Positions 41,720-56,165 of a DNA stretch of 64,000 nucleotides are shown piece after piece. The number at the start of each line of letters is the position of its first letter. Positions within the stretch are counted from its first letter, which is position 1. The stretch covers positions 8,494,001 to 8,558,000 of the forward strand of contig CM022675.1 of NCBI GenBank assembly GCA_012295275.1, read 5' to 3'. The stretch is from Chrysomallon squamiferum. Its lineage: Eukaryota > Animalia > Mollusca. The notes under the pieces were generated by a model. The model saw nothing but the letters and a program-made list of their open reading frames with translations, was not told the DNA's origin and did no database searches. The position numbers were made by a program, and so were the translations under genes.

Positions 41720-42151
41720 ATGTGTTTTCTTTCTCTCTTATTTCTGTCTTTATCTTTCTCTAGTTTTTTCTTTCACTCATTCTTTTTTTTTTATTTCTGT
41801 CTTTATCTTTTTCTATTTTTTCTTTCCCTCATTCATTTTTATTTCGGTCTCTTTATAATTCTTCTTCTTTCTCTCTTTCAGTATTTTCCTTTTATTGTGA
41901 CTCTTTCTTTTCTATTCTTTCTCTCATTCTTTCTTTCGCTTTTTAAATATCTAAACATCTTTGTCTCGATTTTTTTCTCACTTCCACTTTCTTTTAATCA
42001 TTTATCTCGTCTTTCATTCCTCCTTCTCTCTCTCAGCCTCACTTTGTCATTCGTCCATTACTCCTATTTCTCTCTCCTTAGCCCACACTAACTATTATCC
42101 TCCACCTATCTACTCCATCTTGTCTACTTTTTCTTTTCCTCATTTTTCTTT

Positions 42152-42207
<56 letters not shown>

Positions 42208-42485
42208 TGAAAATATCATGTTCATGAGTGGGAGTGTGATTGCAGAATTTTTGCTGAAATGAAACCAACCTTGAAACTTTATGTTTCCATTAATCTTCTT
42301 TTTTTTTTCTTTTTTTTTTTTTTTTTTTTTTGTTAGACAAGTGAAAAAAAAAAAATTAAAAATAAAAAATAAAAATATTGCTAAGGCTTATCCAGATTTA
42401 AACTCAAAGGAATGGCAGGTTTTTTTTAGGTAATATAATTCCTAATGATCATTTACAATATATATATTTAAAAAGAAATTGTTAT

Positions 42486-42523
<38 letters not shown>

Positions 42524-43897
42524 TATTTAAAAAGAAATTGTTATTATATATATACACACACACACACATATCTGAAAAGAAATTGTTATTACATATATAT
42601 GTATACATATTTAAAAAGAATATTTTTTTAAATATATAAATATGATCCAGATTTAAATGGATCTGAATCCAATAGCTGAATACAAAATGGTTATTTCTGT
42701 TCCCAGTCACAGTTCTGTTACTGCTATGTAAAAAAACCCAATACTTATTAAACAAAACCTTCAGTTTGATACATGGAACCAATAAAGCACAGACAGACAG
42801 ACAGAATGACAGACATTTATTCAAGCAGAAATAATGACTGACACACAGACAGACACCCGAATGTACAAAAACGATCAACGTAATTTATAGAAAACTGTTC
42901 AGACATTTTCGGAGTTTAAACAGAATCAAATACTGACACACACACACACTGACCACTGTGATGTATGGACCACTGGTCAGATAAATTGATGGATGACCTC
43001 ACAAACAGACAAATGGATATCTGGACAGTAGAATTTATGGACAGATGGTCAGATGTACACTTGACTAAACAGATGGACAGTAATGAGATTAAGAAAACAT
43101 TAGTGGACAGACAAACACTTACAGATGGACATGATACTAACAGAATAACAGACGACAGGACAAATGGATATAAAAATGAAGGAATTTCTGGAATGATAAC
43201 ATTAGTTTATATGATGTACAAACAGACAAACGTATGAATGAACCAGTGGACAGAAAAAGTGACAGACAGACAAATGTAAGGACTCATGGTCCTAAAAAAA
43301 CAAAAACAAAGAGATTAATAAAATAATATTTAGTGAGAATTGATATGGAACACATACAGACACATGGATGGACAGACAGTCAGTTCTACATAGGCACGTA
43401 TCAATGAATGGAAAAATCAACAAACTAACAGACAGACAGACTGACTGACATACTGACATATGGATTTATGGATTTATATTGACTCCTGGGTATTCAAACA
43501 ACCAAAAGGATTTAAAGAACAATATTTGGACAGACCTATGGATGTATTGACATGAAGACAGTCAATAACTGACAGACACAAACACACACACACACACACA
43601 CACATGTACACAAATATATAATTATATGAGACTGAGAGAGAGAAGGAGGAATGAAAGACAAAGATAAAAGATTAAAAGAATGTGGAAGTGAGAGAAAGAA
43701 AGAAAAAAGGAGACAAAAATGTTTAGATATTGATAGAGAGAATGAGAGAAAGAAGGGAAAAGGAAGAAAGTGCGACAATGAAAGAAAAATAGAGAAAGAG
43801 AGAGAGAAAGAATGATAAACAGACAGAAAAAAAAGAAAATAAGGCAAAACAAATAAAATAAAGATAAAGATAGAAATAAAAGAGAGAGAAAACACAT
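41720..43897. repeat. Inverted duplication: arm 41720-42041 versus arm 43627-43897
   Basis: Shared blocks in opposite orientation: atgtgttttc..tctttatcttt, aatatctaaacat.tttgtctc, ctcacttccac.ttcttttaatc, gtctttcattcctccttctctctctcag.ctca. The ORF track shows the same MCFLSLLFLSLS peptide on opposite strands. Confidence 0.85.
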
Positions 43898-43950
43898 AAA
43901 ATAAACACTTTTCCTTTATAAAAATAACATTAAACATTATATACATGTGA

Positions 43951-43986
<36 letters not shown>

Positions 43987-44229
43987 AATTAAAGTTTTAA
44001 TATAGGATGCAAGAGTTTAATAAAAACACGTCTTACTTAAAAACTATAAAAACCAAAAATTGAGATTTATGACTAAAAATAAGAAATTGGACAGACAGAA
44101 ATATGGATGGATGACTGTGTAAACAATCGAAGAGATTTTCCCAAAATTAGATAAATTTACTTTTGGACAGACGTTCAGACTTGCAGACTGTCAATTTTAT
44201 TACCTATTTAATCACTATATATTTACTTC

Positions 44230-44266
<37 letters not shown>

Positions 44267-44850
44267 AACATGTAACATCTGCCAGAAACATTTACGTACA
44301 AACAGACATTCAGACACCCTCTTTAAGTCAATAAAACATAGCAATAGTTTAAAAAAAAAAAAAAAAAAAAAATTAAAAACATGAAGAATATTCATTTATT
44401 ATCTATCAGTGGACAGACATTTAGACAAATGGACTCCATTTAATTCAGTAATTTAAAAAAAAAAAAAACAAGAATCTATGGCGCTGACTGATGGATTTAA
44501 TTTAATCTTCTGATTTCTGTCACTGCAACACAAACTGTTTTTATTACACTGGCGTAATATCTTTTGTATGCCATACCATGGATATGAAATCAGCCGACAC
44601 TTTTGGGCTGTGGTTTGACTTTTTCTTTTTGTTATTATGGTTAATCACATGCAGTTATTGTAATTACATCACACACACACGTGTGTGTGTGAGTGTCAGT
44701 GTATTACTGTAATTACATAGTTCATATACGAGTGGTATCCAACCCCATGCTATGAAATACAGAGCCGTAAAATAAATGGATGCAGAAAAATAATGTGGGA
44801 CTGATGGAAGGGAGTGATATCCAGTGGAAAAAAAAAGGAAAGAAAATGAT

Positions 44851-45217
<367 letters not shown>

Positions 45218-46469
45218 AGTAACAGAAATAGAGAGAGCAGACGAGATAAAGAGAGAGAGAGAGAAAGAGAAATATAATCAGAGAGACAGAGAGATAAAGA
45301 AACAGAGAGAAAAGACAGAGAAAGAGTAACAGTAAGATAGAGACAGCAGAAGAGACATGTTATATGCAGAATGAGAGACAGAGCAAGATAGAAAAAAATA
45401 GAGACAGAAAGAGACAAGAGAAACAGAGAGAGAGAGACACTATAAACGCTATAAAAAGAGACAGAAACAGAGACATAGTAAAAGTAGTTTGAGAGAGTAG
45501 AAATGGATGTGTATAAAAAAATAATAATAGAATACAACAGAGAAATAGGAGAAAGATTAAAGAGAAGTAAACAATAAATAAAAAAAACAACAGAAAAAAA
45601 ACAACATGGAATAATGGAAAAACAAAAACAGACACACAGACTTTCTTCAGGACGCAGTGACACACACACTAAAACAGACACACACACACACACTGATGGA
45701 AATAAGAAGACACACACACACACATTAAGTATTAAACAATCTGTAAAATCAGACAGATAATCATATTTCTCACATCACCGTATCGCATGGGAAATTTCTG
45801 TTAAATATCAATGTTTACGTTGTCTGGTCTGTACAATAACTGATGATATATCACCTGTTAAACAGTTAGGATGTTAGACTGCTAACAGGTGGTGTTCTTT
45901 CTCACTGTAAGACAAAAGAAGAATTTTTACATGTGTGCCCTTGTAAGTAATTGAATTCATAACCTCATGGATGTTTACCTAATCAGATAATTATTGTTTT
46001 AGGCCAGTAAAGTTAAATATTTGTTTGAGGGAGGAATACTTTGTTTGTGCACTAAGTTCTTTTGTTGTTTTTGTGTGTTTTTTCTTCTTTTTTGTTTTTT
46101 TGTTTTTGATTAAAGAATTTTTATATCAGGACATGAACCTGTAACCCTGAGACTTCTGCAGATTTGATGTTTAGCAAGATAATCTATTGATAAATTTAGT
46201 TTTTTTTCTTTTTTTTTTTGGTTCTTGTTTTAGGTTTTTTTCTTATGTTTGTTGTTGTTTGTTGTTGTTTTTGTTGTTTTTTGGGGGGTGAGTTGTAGTG
46301 GGGTGGTTTTTTTTTGTTTTTACTCAATTTTTACAAACCGTTAATTTTATGTAATAAGCTTTTATTCAAGAACTGAGCCCAAAATCGTTCAACCATGGAA
46401 AGCCACAGTAACACGCACGCTTCAAGGCTAGTTAATTCTGGAACTCGAAAAACCTGCATTTGAACTTAC

Positions 46470-46478
46470 CTGAACCCA
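46470..46478 (-). CDS. Candidate 9-nt microexon TGGGTTCAG
   Basis: Minus strand reads ..tttattgttgtgttcgctcag|TGGGTTCAG|gtaagt: perfect CAG|GTAAGT donor, U/G-rich acceptor, several upstream UGC motifs, frame-preserving length. Confidence 0.42.
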
Positions 46479-46957
46479 CTGAGCGAACACAACAATAAAC
46501 ACATAAATACACTTTGTGCAACAAGCAGACAAATAGCAGCAGGTAACAACAATAGACTAATTATTACTGTTTGTGTGTGAGATATTAACGATATCACACG
46601 AGGTAAAGAAAACCTTCTTTTGTATCTATTATGGAATAAAAAGAACACATAAATATGATACGGCTGCTACATTCCAAAAACTTATCTTTATGCAGTCAAG
46701 CATAGATGCATTGTCTACAGAATAAAGTAAGTTTTTTTGTGTGTCTGGAAAAGAAATGATTTCAACGGTGACTTGGCAAAAAAATTAGTAATTGATGAAA
46801 TTAAAATTTAAAAATTTTAGACAGACAGATTTATCAAGCAGGTACAAAGATTCAAAGAATTAGGAATAATTTTAGAAGAATGAAAAAAGGAAAGAAAATT
46901 GAAAGAAATAATACAAGAGGATGGAATTACAGGATGATGTGACAAATATATGAAATC

Positions 46958-46959
<2 letters not shown>

Positions 46960-47003
<44 letters not shown>

Positions 47004-47212
47004 TCAAAACAATAACAACAGAAATAATAATAAATAATATACCAGTAAGAACAATAGTAATAATAATTTAAAAAAAACCCAGTAATAATAATAATAATAA
47101 TAATAATAATAGTAGTAGTAGCAATAATAGTAACACTAATAACAATAATTGTAATAATTGTAATAATAATAAAGTAATAATAATAATAAGAATGATAGTA
47201 ATAGTAATAGTA

Positions 47213-47287
<75 letters not shown>

Positions 47288-47360
47288 GTAATAATAATAA
47301 TAATAATAATAGCCAAAATAATAACAATAATAATGGCAACAACATTAACAATAACAATAA
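46960..47360. repeat. (AAT)n-rich microsatellite
   Basis: Direct inspection. Confidence 0.95.
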
Positions 47361-47445
47361 TAAAACAAAAAATATTTTAAAACAAAAAAAAACACTATAC
47401 ACACACACACATAAACACTAACAACACAAAAGTCATTTAACTTAC

Positions 47446-47477
47446 CAAAACTTGAATGGATGAAACAGCAACAACAT
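47446..47477 (-). CDS. Candidate first coding exon segment (MLLLFHPFKF + TG, phase 2); 5'UTR may extend to ~47800-47890
   Basis: ATG at 47477, 32 nt to TTG|GTAAGT (47445-47440). Upstream unique island with Inr-like ACAGTC at ~47796 and ~47890. Joins the microexon in frame (..KF-C-G-F-R/S). Confidence 0.35.
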
Positions 47478-48202
47478 TTAAATCCCAACAGAAAAAAATC
47501 ACCAAACCGTCACAAAAAATAATAATAATAAAAAAATAAAATAAATAAATAAATAACAAGAAGAATAATCCTGCTCAAAACGATTTCCACCACAAAAAAA
47601 AAAAACACTTTATAACACTCAAGTCACAATCACTGAACGGACAGGAAAAATGTGACATCTGCTTTACACAAACACTAAAACTTTAACGTCTGCTACAAAG
47701 AGAAAATTCTCATCTGCTACTCCGGAATCTGTCTGCTCTTACAGACTGTCGTCTGCTTCACGACTATCAGACGACTAAAAAGCTACTTCTGACTGTCTCT
47801 CGCTCTCTCTCTCTTACTCTCTCTCTCTCTCTTACTCTCTGAGCCTGTCTCAAGTTCCTGGCACTACAGTAAAAGGCTTATGCCGACTGTAACGAGAGTA
47901 CTGAACATGTTAAATACAGGAGTGCAGTACAGGAGTGCAATACATGTGTGTATTGTATGGGAGCGTTTATCGATGCCAAATTCTCTTCTATTTTTTTTTC
48001 ACCACTGCTGTGGATGCCGATGGTGGGGGAGAATGGAATCAGATGCAGTGCTGCTGCTGTAGTTGGTGAGGTATGTCGGTGTGATGGTGTGTAGTTGTAG
48101 TCCAAGAGGTATTATGAAATATGAAATGGTAATGTGTGTGTGTATATATATATGAATATATATGTTCATGTGTGTGTGTGTGTGTGTGTATATATATACG
48201 TG

Positions 48203-48261
<59 letters not shown>

Positions 48262-48449
48262 ATATGTGGATATATGTGTATATTTGTGAGAACTACATCT
48301 GTGTATGTGTTAATGTATGCAGGTGTTTGAATGTTTATATGTTAGTGTATGCATATACTTCTGTCATATATACATATATATATATATGACACACACAAAC
48401 ATATGAATGTATTTGTTACTTTAATATAACAAGCTGTGTACACAAAAAT

Positions 48450-48710
48450 TGATCATTGTTGGTGGTCTTCCCAAGATTTATTTCACATTCCAACCGGTAA
48501 CTCACCATCCATCCATGAAAAAAAGTTGGTATGTGCTCTCCTGTGTGGCAGAACATGCTAATTAAAGCTCTGTGATGTTAATAGAGAGAAAGTTTCAGGT
48601 TTCCTCTTTGTGTTAGAAAAGCCAGGTGTCTGATACACAGCTTAACTCACTGAAAAAATAATCAGTGTGTTCTAGTTGTGAGGTTAACGAAAATAAACTT
48701 AAAATTAAAG
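48450..48710 (+). mobile_element. Decayed SINE copy including 3' tail
   Basis: ttcacattccaaccgg..ggtatgtgctctcctgtgtggc..ggtttcctct; central blocks shared with 27417 and 40264. Confidence 0.6.
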
Positions 48711-48713
48711 CCA

Positions 48714-48716
<3 letters not shown>

Positions 48717-48790
<74 letters not shown>

Positions 48791-48887
48791 TCAGTTTTCT
48801 GTCTTTGTTTATATTAGAATTTTTTATCAATGCCCAGCAAATTACATTCTGTACAAACAATGTTTTAACTTCATAAATGATTTGTTT

Positions 48888-48954
<67 letters not shown>

Positions 48955-49051
48955 TCAGTTTTCTGTCTTTGTTTATATTAGAATTTTTTATCAATGCCCA
49001 GCAAATTACATTCTGTACAAACAATGTTTTAACTTCATAAATGATTTGTTT

Positions 49052-49110
<59 letters not shown>

Positions 49111-49207
49111 TCAGTTTTCTGTCTTTGTTTATATTAGAATTTTTTATCAATGCCCAGCAAATTACATTCTGTACAAACAATGTTTTAACTCATAAATGAT
49201 TTGATTT

Positions 49208-49281
<74 letters not shown>

Positions 49282-49381
49282 TCAGTTTTCTGTCTTTGTT
49301 TATATTAGAATTTTTTTATCAATGCCCAGCAAATTACATTCTGTACAAACAATGTTTTAACTTCATAAATGATTTGTTTTT

Positions 49382-49437
<56 letters not shown>

Positions 49438-49527
49438 AGTTTTCTGTCTTTGTTTATATTAGAATTTTTTATCAATGCCCAGCAAATTACATTCTGTACA
49501 AACAATGTTTTAACTTCATAAATGATT

Positions 49528-49596
<69 letters not shown>

Positions 49597-49693
49597 TCAG
49601 TTTTCTGTCTTTGTTTATATTAGAATTTTTTATCAATGCCCAGCAAATTACATTCTGTACAAACAATGTTTTAACTTCATAAATGATTTGTTT

Positions 49694-49763
<70 letters not shown>

Positions 49764-49862
49764 TCAGTTTTCTGTCTTTGTTTATATTAGAATTTTTTTT
49801 ATCAATGCCCAGCAAATTACATTCTGTACAAACAATGTTTTAACTTCATAAATGATTTGTTT

Positions 49863-49939
<77 letters not shown>

Positions 49940-50035
49940 TCAGTTTTCTGTCTTTGTTTATATTAGAATTTTTTTTATCAATGCCCAGCAAATTACATTC
50001 TGTACAAACAATTTAGCTTCATAAATGACTTGTTT

Positions 50036-50100
<65 letters not shown>

Positions 50101-50120
50101 ACTTTCTCTCTCTCTCTCTA
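48717..50120. repeat. Composite satellite: ~105 bp unique unit plus variable (CT)n, 8 copies
   Basis: Unit ccttcagttttctgtctttg..cataaatgatttg starts near 48788, 48951, 49108, 49279, 49434, 49594, 49761 and 49937. Confidence 0.97.
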
Positions 50121-50780
50121 TCTGAAATACACACACATATATCAAAAAACTCAAAGTGAAAGACATACCTTCCATTTATTTTTGGCACTGAGCCTCTTTA
50201 AAGTACAGACAATAAATTTTGCATTCACCACATTAATGTGTTCTTCTTGTTCTTTGCTTCAATATGCAATTATTCACAGATATGCATAGCTATAATTTTT
50301 GTACTTATATTACTGGAGTGTAAAAAAAAAAACAAAACAAAAAACAACAACATTAAAAACCAAAAAAAAAAAAAGGAAGAGAAAACAGTAACAGTAAAAA
50401 TTTCTAAACCATTATTCAGAAGAATCCCATTCTTAAGAAAAGTAAATAACTCAGTATAGATATTTTTTTTAAAGTTGTTAGTCATACATAAAGAATTTTT
50501 ATACATATATACATACACACTCTCACAAACATATTCAGATATATGTACAGAATTATAGACTTATGACGACATTCCATTCCAACCGGTCGCTCATAAGTCT
50601 GTTTTGACTTAAGCTGGACATGTATATATTCACAGGATTCACATTACTCTATGTATATTAGTGTATGTAATCAAGTTATCTCAACAGTTGACTCATGAAT
50701 ATTTACATTCTTTTTCATTAAACCTTTTAATGAGTTTTAAATCAAACATCATTCACACTGTAATGTGTTCATTACTTCCC

Positions 50781-50811
<31 letters not shown>

Positions 50812-51464
50812 ATATTGATTACTAGTGTTAGTAAGTGAACCAAAGATACTGCTGTCTTTTGAGTTAGGTTTTTTTTTTTTGTCTCCAGCAACAACAACGA
50901 CAACAACAACAGCTACAACAAAACTATGTAAAACAAACCCCTTGCATATGGTGCATGCTAGGCGATTTAGCAAAGCAAACAAAATCAATGTTTTCCAGCT
51001 TTTGTTTATTATTTCGAAAACAATGCCTTTCTGCTTTCTTGGAGCCCAAAATAAAATCAGCGCTGACATTAATATTGCAATTTTCTGCAGTGGAAGACAA
51101 ATTTCCTTATTAACGAAGTTTTGTAAGTAACCAAACCAGTTCTGCGTGAATGCAAGGGACCTTGGGATAGGCTGAAGAGAATTATGGATTGAAGTAAGTG
51201 CTTGCTAATGACAAAACACAAAGCGCGAAACGCCAGGCTTTAATGCATGTGATGAAATGCACGTGCAAATTGTGAAATGTATTTGTCTGTTTAATGACAT
51301 GTAACGTGTATGTATATAAGAGATATGACACACGTAACAGCTGTTACATACACCAGATATTGCCGTACTTAAGTTGTTATATAGCTGACAGTTATAATAT
51401 ATATATGTGTGCAGATGATATATAATATGTAATATATGTTACGTTTATAAAAGTTAATACCTAT

Positions 51465-51800
51465 TTATGAAACAGATATTATGTATTTATAAAACAGATA
51501 TTATATATTTATAAACCAGGTATTGTATATTTATAAAAACAGATATCATATATTTATAAAAACAGATATTACATATTTATAAAACAAATATCATATATTT
51601 ATAAAAACAGATATTACATATTTATAAAACAGATATTATATATTTATCAAACAGATATTACATATTTATAAAACAGATATCATATATTTATAAAATCAGA
51701 TATTACATATTTATAAAATAGATATTACATATTTATAAAAACAGATATCATATATTTATAAAAACAGATATTACATATTTATAAAACACATATTACATAT
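51465..51800. repeat. 23-24 bp minisatellite (tatttataaaacagatattacata)n
   Basis: About 14 tandem copies. Confidence 0.95.
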
Positions 51801-52168
51801 AATACTTATTACATATATAACATATATTATAAGTGTATAAATTATTACATATGTAACATATATTATAAGTGTATAAATCATTACATATATAACATCTCTT
51901 TCACATATAACACACTTTACACATATATCATTATGAAATAATAACCTTTATTACACACATAACAAGACATCACACACACATATAAAGTCACCACTACATT
52001 AACAAACAGAGACATTCATTACACTTTATAACAACGGTCTGTACAGTGCCTGAAACTGGCTGCTTTATGGGGTGTCCTCTTTGGAGAGGTCTGCGTATGA
52101 AATGACATAAATGTGCTACTTGGATGCTGCTGATAGGAAATGCACATACCGAACGTGATAGCGCTAAT

Positions 52169-52182
52169 GTTGCCATGGTTAC
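52169..52182. promoter_or_regulatory. RFX X-box motif GTTGCCATGGTTAC
   Basis: Close match to the palindromic X-box consensus GTTGCCATGGCAAC, in a non-repetitive island. Confidence 0.45.
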
Positions 52183-54155
52183 AGTGATGTCAGGTATGTT
52201 GGTGCCAACCTGGTAGGTTGTTTAACTCTGAGTGGTTTGTGTGAATAACATGTCGCGTTGTGTACACTCTGAGATATTTATACTTTACACATACACACAC
52301 ACATGAAATGTGTATAAATATCCTTTCACCTGTCTGTCACAATATCCTTTCATCTGTCTACATATTTATCTATCTCTTAATAAACATTCAAAACAGCCTC
52401 TCTTTTTTTCCCCCACTCCACCATTTTTTTCTTTTATTCTGAAGTATAAAATATTTTCAATAAAAAAAAAAAAAAAAATAAAAAAACAATAAAAAATACC
52501 TCAACCAATTTCTGCTCTGCTGTAATTTTTATCTGGAAAAAAAAAAACCTGGCATCTTTCAAATCACTAATCCGTGAGGTGTAATTTCCACCATTACAAG
52601 TTGTGACATCATAAATCTTGCGCCTGCAGTTTTAAAAGCTTTGTGACAGCTGAAATAACAATCTTTTCACACCGTGGTGGGTCCCCACGTCTGTGGCCGA
52701 TGTTGAGTTGTTAGTGAGAGGAAATTAAAAATGGTGTCGTTGGAATCAAAGTAATTTACTTTTAGCATGCACGAAAGTGACACAGTACGAAAACAGATTC
52801 CAAAAAAAAATAATAAAAAATTCAAAAAACAAATAAAAAATAAAAAAATAAAAAATTGGTTTAAAGTTTTTGATGTAATGCTGTTGTCATGATGGCAGAC
52901 AGAAAAGTAACAATTTAAAAATATTTGGGAGATTCATTTTTTTTTTTTTTTTTTATTCTTTGACGTTTTGACTTTTTTGAACTTTTTTAGTAATAAAAAA
53001 AATATCGGTTAGAAAATTCTGGTGTCATAATTCTGTAATTACATAGATTCTAAAAAATTTTGTTTTCATATCTTTCAGATATATATATATATATATTCAG
53101 AAAAAAATATGACAGATACACAGGCAGACTGCTGCTATTTTGAAAGTGGATGGATGGATGGATGGATGGATGGAGTGACAGCTATATAGACAGACTGATA
53201 TTTGGATAGACAGAAGAATCAATAAATGGATAGATGGAAAGAAGAATGAATAAATGGCTGGATGGAAAGAATGAATGGCTAGATGGAAAGAAGAATGAAT
53301 GGATGGATTCATTGTGGATTCGTGGATGAATGGATGGATGGATGGATGGATGGATGAATACATTTTTTTTTTTAAATGTGAGTATATAAGACGTAAGTGT
53401 GTGTATTTGTGTACAAAAATTAATATTGAATTTAAAAAAAATATTTAATAAATGAAGAAATTGGAAGACAGAAACTAAACATATATTTTAATAAAAAAAT
53501 AAAAAAAATATTTAAACAGCAACAGTTTTAAAAAAAATAATACAAAAAAAAAAAAATAATTCACAGAACTGAAGAAAAAAAAACAACAACAAAAAACCCA
53601 ACAAAAAAACCCAACAAAACAACCAACAACAACAAAAAAAACCATCAAAATGAAATAATCATAAGCAAACATTTTTTCCGAAACACAAAACAACGACAGA
53701 GAACAAAACGTTCAGAAAAACCACAGACGAACGGACGAAATGTCTCTTTTTTTTTTTTAAAACGTAGCTCGCAAAGAACGATCAAATTGGCAAGGACAGA
53801 TAAGTCAGACAAAGCATCGAATGCTGCAGCGGAGCAAAGGGGTCGGAATGGAAGGAAACATCATCTGTTTAGCGACATCAATAAAGCCACATTGCAGATC
53901 AGCTGAAGTTTGTCCTGGAGCAAATCGTTAAAGAGAGTAAGTTGTCAGGAAAACATCAATAATCACCACTGTGGGGGGAAATGAGCCGATGAAAAAAAAA
54001 TAGTGTGAGTGGATTAAACAGTTTGAGTAACTTACTCAGTAAGAAAAAAAAAAAAAAAAAAAATCCAGAATATTAACTACTGAAGAAAAGATTAATATAA
54101 AATAAAATAATTATGCATTCATAGACTGATAGTTAAATAAACTGTGTGTGTGTGT

Positions 54156-54238
<83 letters not shown>

Positions 54239-54352
54239 ACTTATTCTCTCTCTCTCTCTATCTGAAATACACACACATATATCATTTTCTTTTTCTTTAT
54301 TTTATGTTTTGTTTCTGTTTATATATATATCTAAAAAAAAGTATATATTATA

Positions 54353-54392
<40 letters not shown>

Positions 54393-54917
54393 GAGATAAA
54401 TATATGTATGTATGTATATGTATAAAATGAATAACTAGTTAGTGTGTTAAGATATTAACTTTAGATATTCCCATTTCACTTAAGCAGAATAAAGTTGACA
54501 TCTTAAGGCACGAACCAGTAACGTCTTTTATCCTAAACAAAACAAAAACTAAATGAAATTAACAGTTATTTATCAACTCAACACTCTTGAGAGTGGAATA
54601 TTCATGTATAATATTGATTTTGTTCCTGTCTAGAAAAAATTTACATCAAAAGAAAATTTATTTAAAAAAAAAAAAAAAAAAAAAAATGTTTCTAAAATGG
54701 CCTTTTAAAATTTAAATCAGCAATTTAAACATTATTTTGAATAATAAATAAATAAATATACACCAGAGAGAAAGAGAGAAAGAGAGATAGATTAAACAGA
54801 GAGAGACCTAAATGCATTAATGTATTGTTGTATGTGTAATGTATTGGTCATTGCATGAAATTACTGTAATTTATCTTGTCATCGTATCTTGGTACTATTT
54901 ATAGTGATTACGGGATA

Positions 54918-54952
<35 letters not shown>

Positions 54953-55082
54953 AAAAAAGAGAGACAGAGAAACAGAAAGAGACAGAGAGACAGACACACA
55001 GAGAAAGCTAAATACATTAAAGTAGTATTAATGAGAAAAGTAAAATCAACCTATTCTGTCATCATTTATTTCTTGTTGTTTT

Positions 55083-55116
<34 letters not shown>

Positions 55117-55320
55117 GCACATTTAATTATAATAAAACAACAAAAACAACAACAACAATAATAATAATAAAATAATAACAATAAAACAACAACAACAACA
55201 AGATTAACAACAACATTCTAACAATACTAAGTAATAATAACAATAAAAACAAAAACGACACTAAATCAAAAAATCTTTTGAAGCCAGACACACACATATA
55301 TATATATATACTCTTTATCA

Positions 55321-55518
55321 ATTAGCAAAAAGAAATCTTTTACACGCACCTACCCACCCGTGCATAAAAAACAGTAAATCATACACTACTGCCTTTATTT
55401 CACTGAGACATGACTCGCTGACTTAAACGGGAAATTATTGAACCAGACAATGAGGGGGATTTGAACCGGTGACCTTTGGCTTCTGAAATAAGCACTTAGC
55501 CGTTAAGCTGCAGCCAGT
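55321..55518 (-). mobile_element. tRNA-derived SINE copy with the clearest head
   Basis: Minus strand: A-box-like TGCAGCTTAACGG (55512-55500), B-box GGTTCAAATCC (55467-55457), later taaaagatttctttttgctaat shared with other copies. Confidence 0.65.
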
Positions 55519-55734
55519 TTTTCTCTTGGGAGCCATGAAGTAATTACTTGGAAATGAAATACCGACAGAAACAGAGACGGTTGTGTTTGAAGAGGTGGTC
55601 TGAGTGGGCAGGTTGAAGAAAAATCCATAACGCTACAGTGTAAAAGTTTGATGTGGTTTTTTTTGAAAAACGTGTCCGTTATTCGTGGTGTCGTGATGGT
55701 CAGGATATTGTTGTTGCTGCTGCTGTAGGTTCAC

Positions 55735-55797
55735 TGTCATGATGATTATGATGATATAATAATAATGATGATGAGAATAATACTAATATTACTACTA

Positions 55798-55895
<98 letters not shown>

Positions 55896-56165
55896 TATTA
55901 TACTAATCCTAATAACAACTAACATCAGCAATAAAAACAGTTACAACAGCAACAACAACAATAATAACAACAGCAAAAATAATAATAACTTGAACAATAA
56001 CAATAATAAAAATAATAACAATAATGATACTGATAACATCTACAAAATGTTCAGTTATAACAACCATAACAACAACATAAATAATAATAGTAACAAGAAC
56101 TACAACAACAACAACAACAACAACTACTACTACTACTACAGCAGCAACATCAACAACAACAGTAA
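55735..56165. repeat. (GAT)n/(AAT)n/(AAC)n compound microsatellite
   Basis: Direct inspection. Confidence 0.93.
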
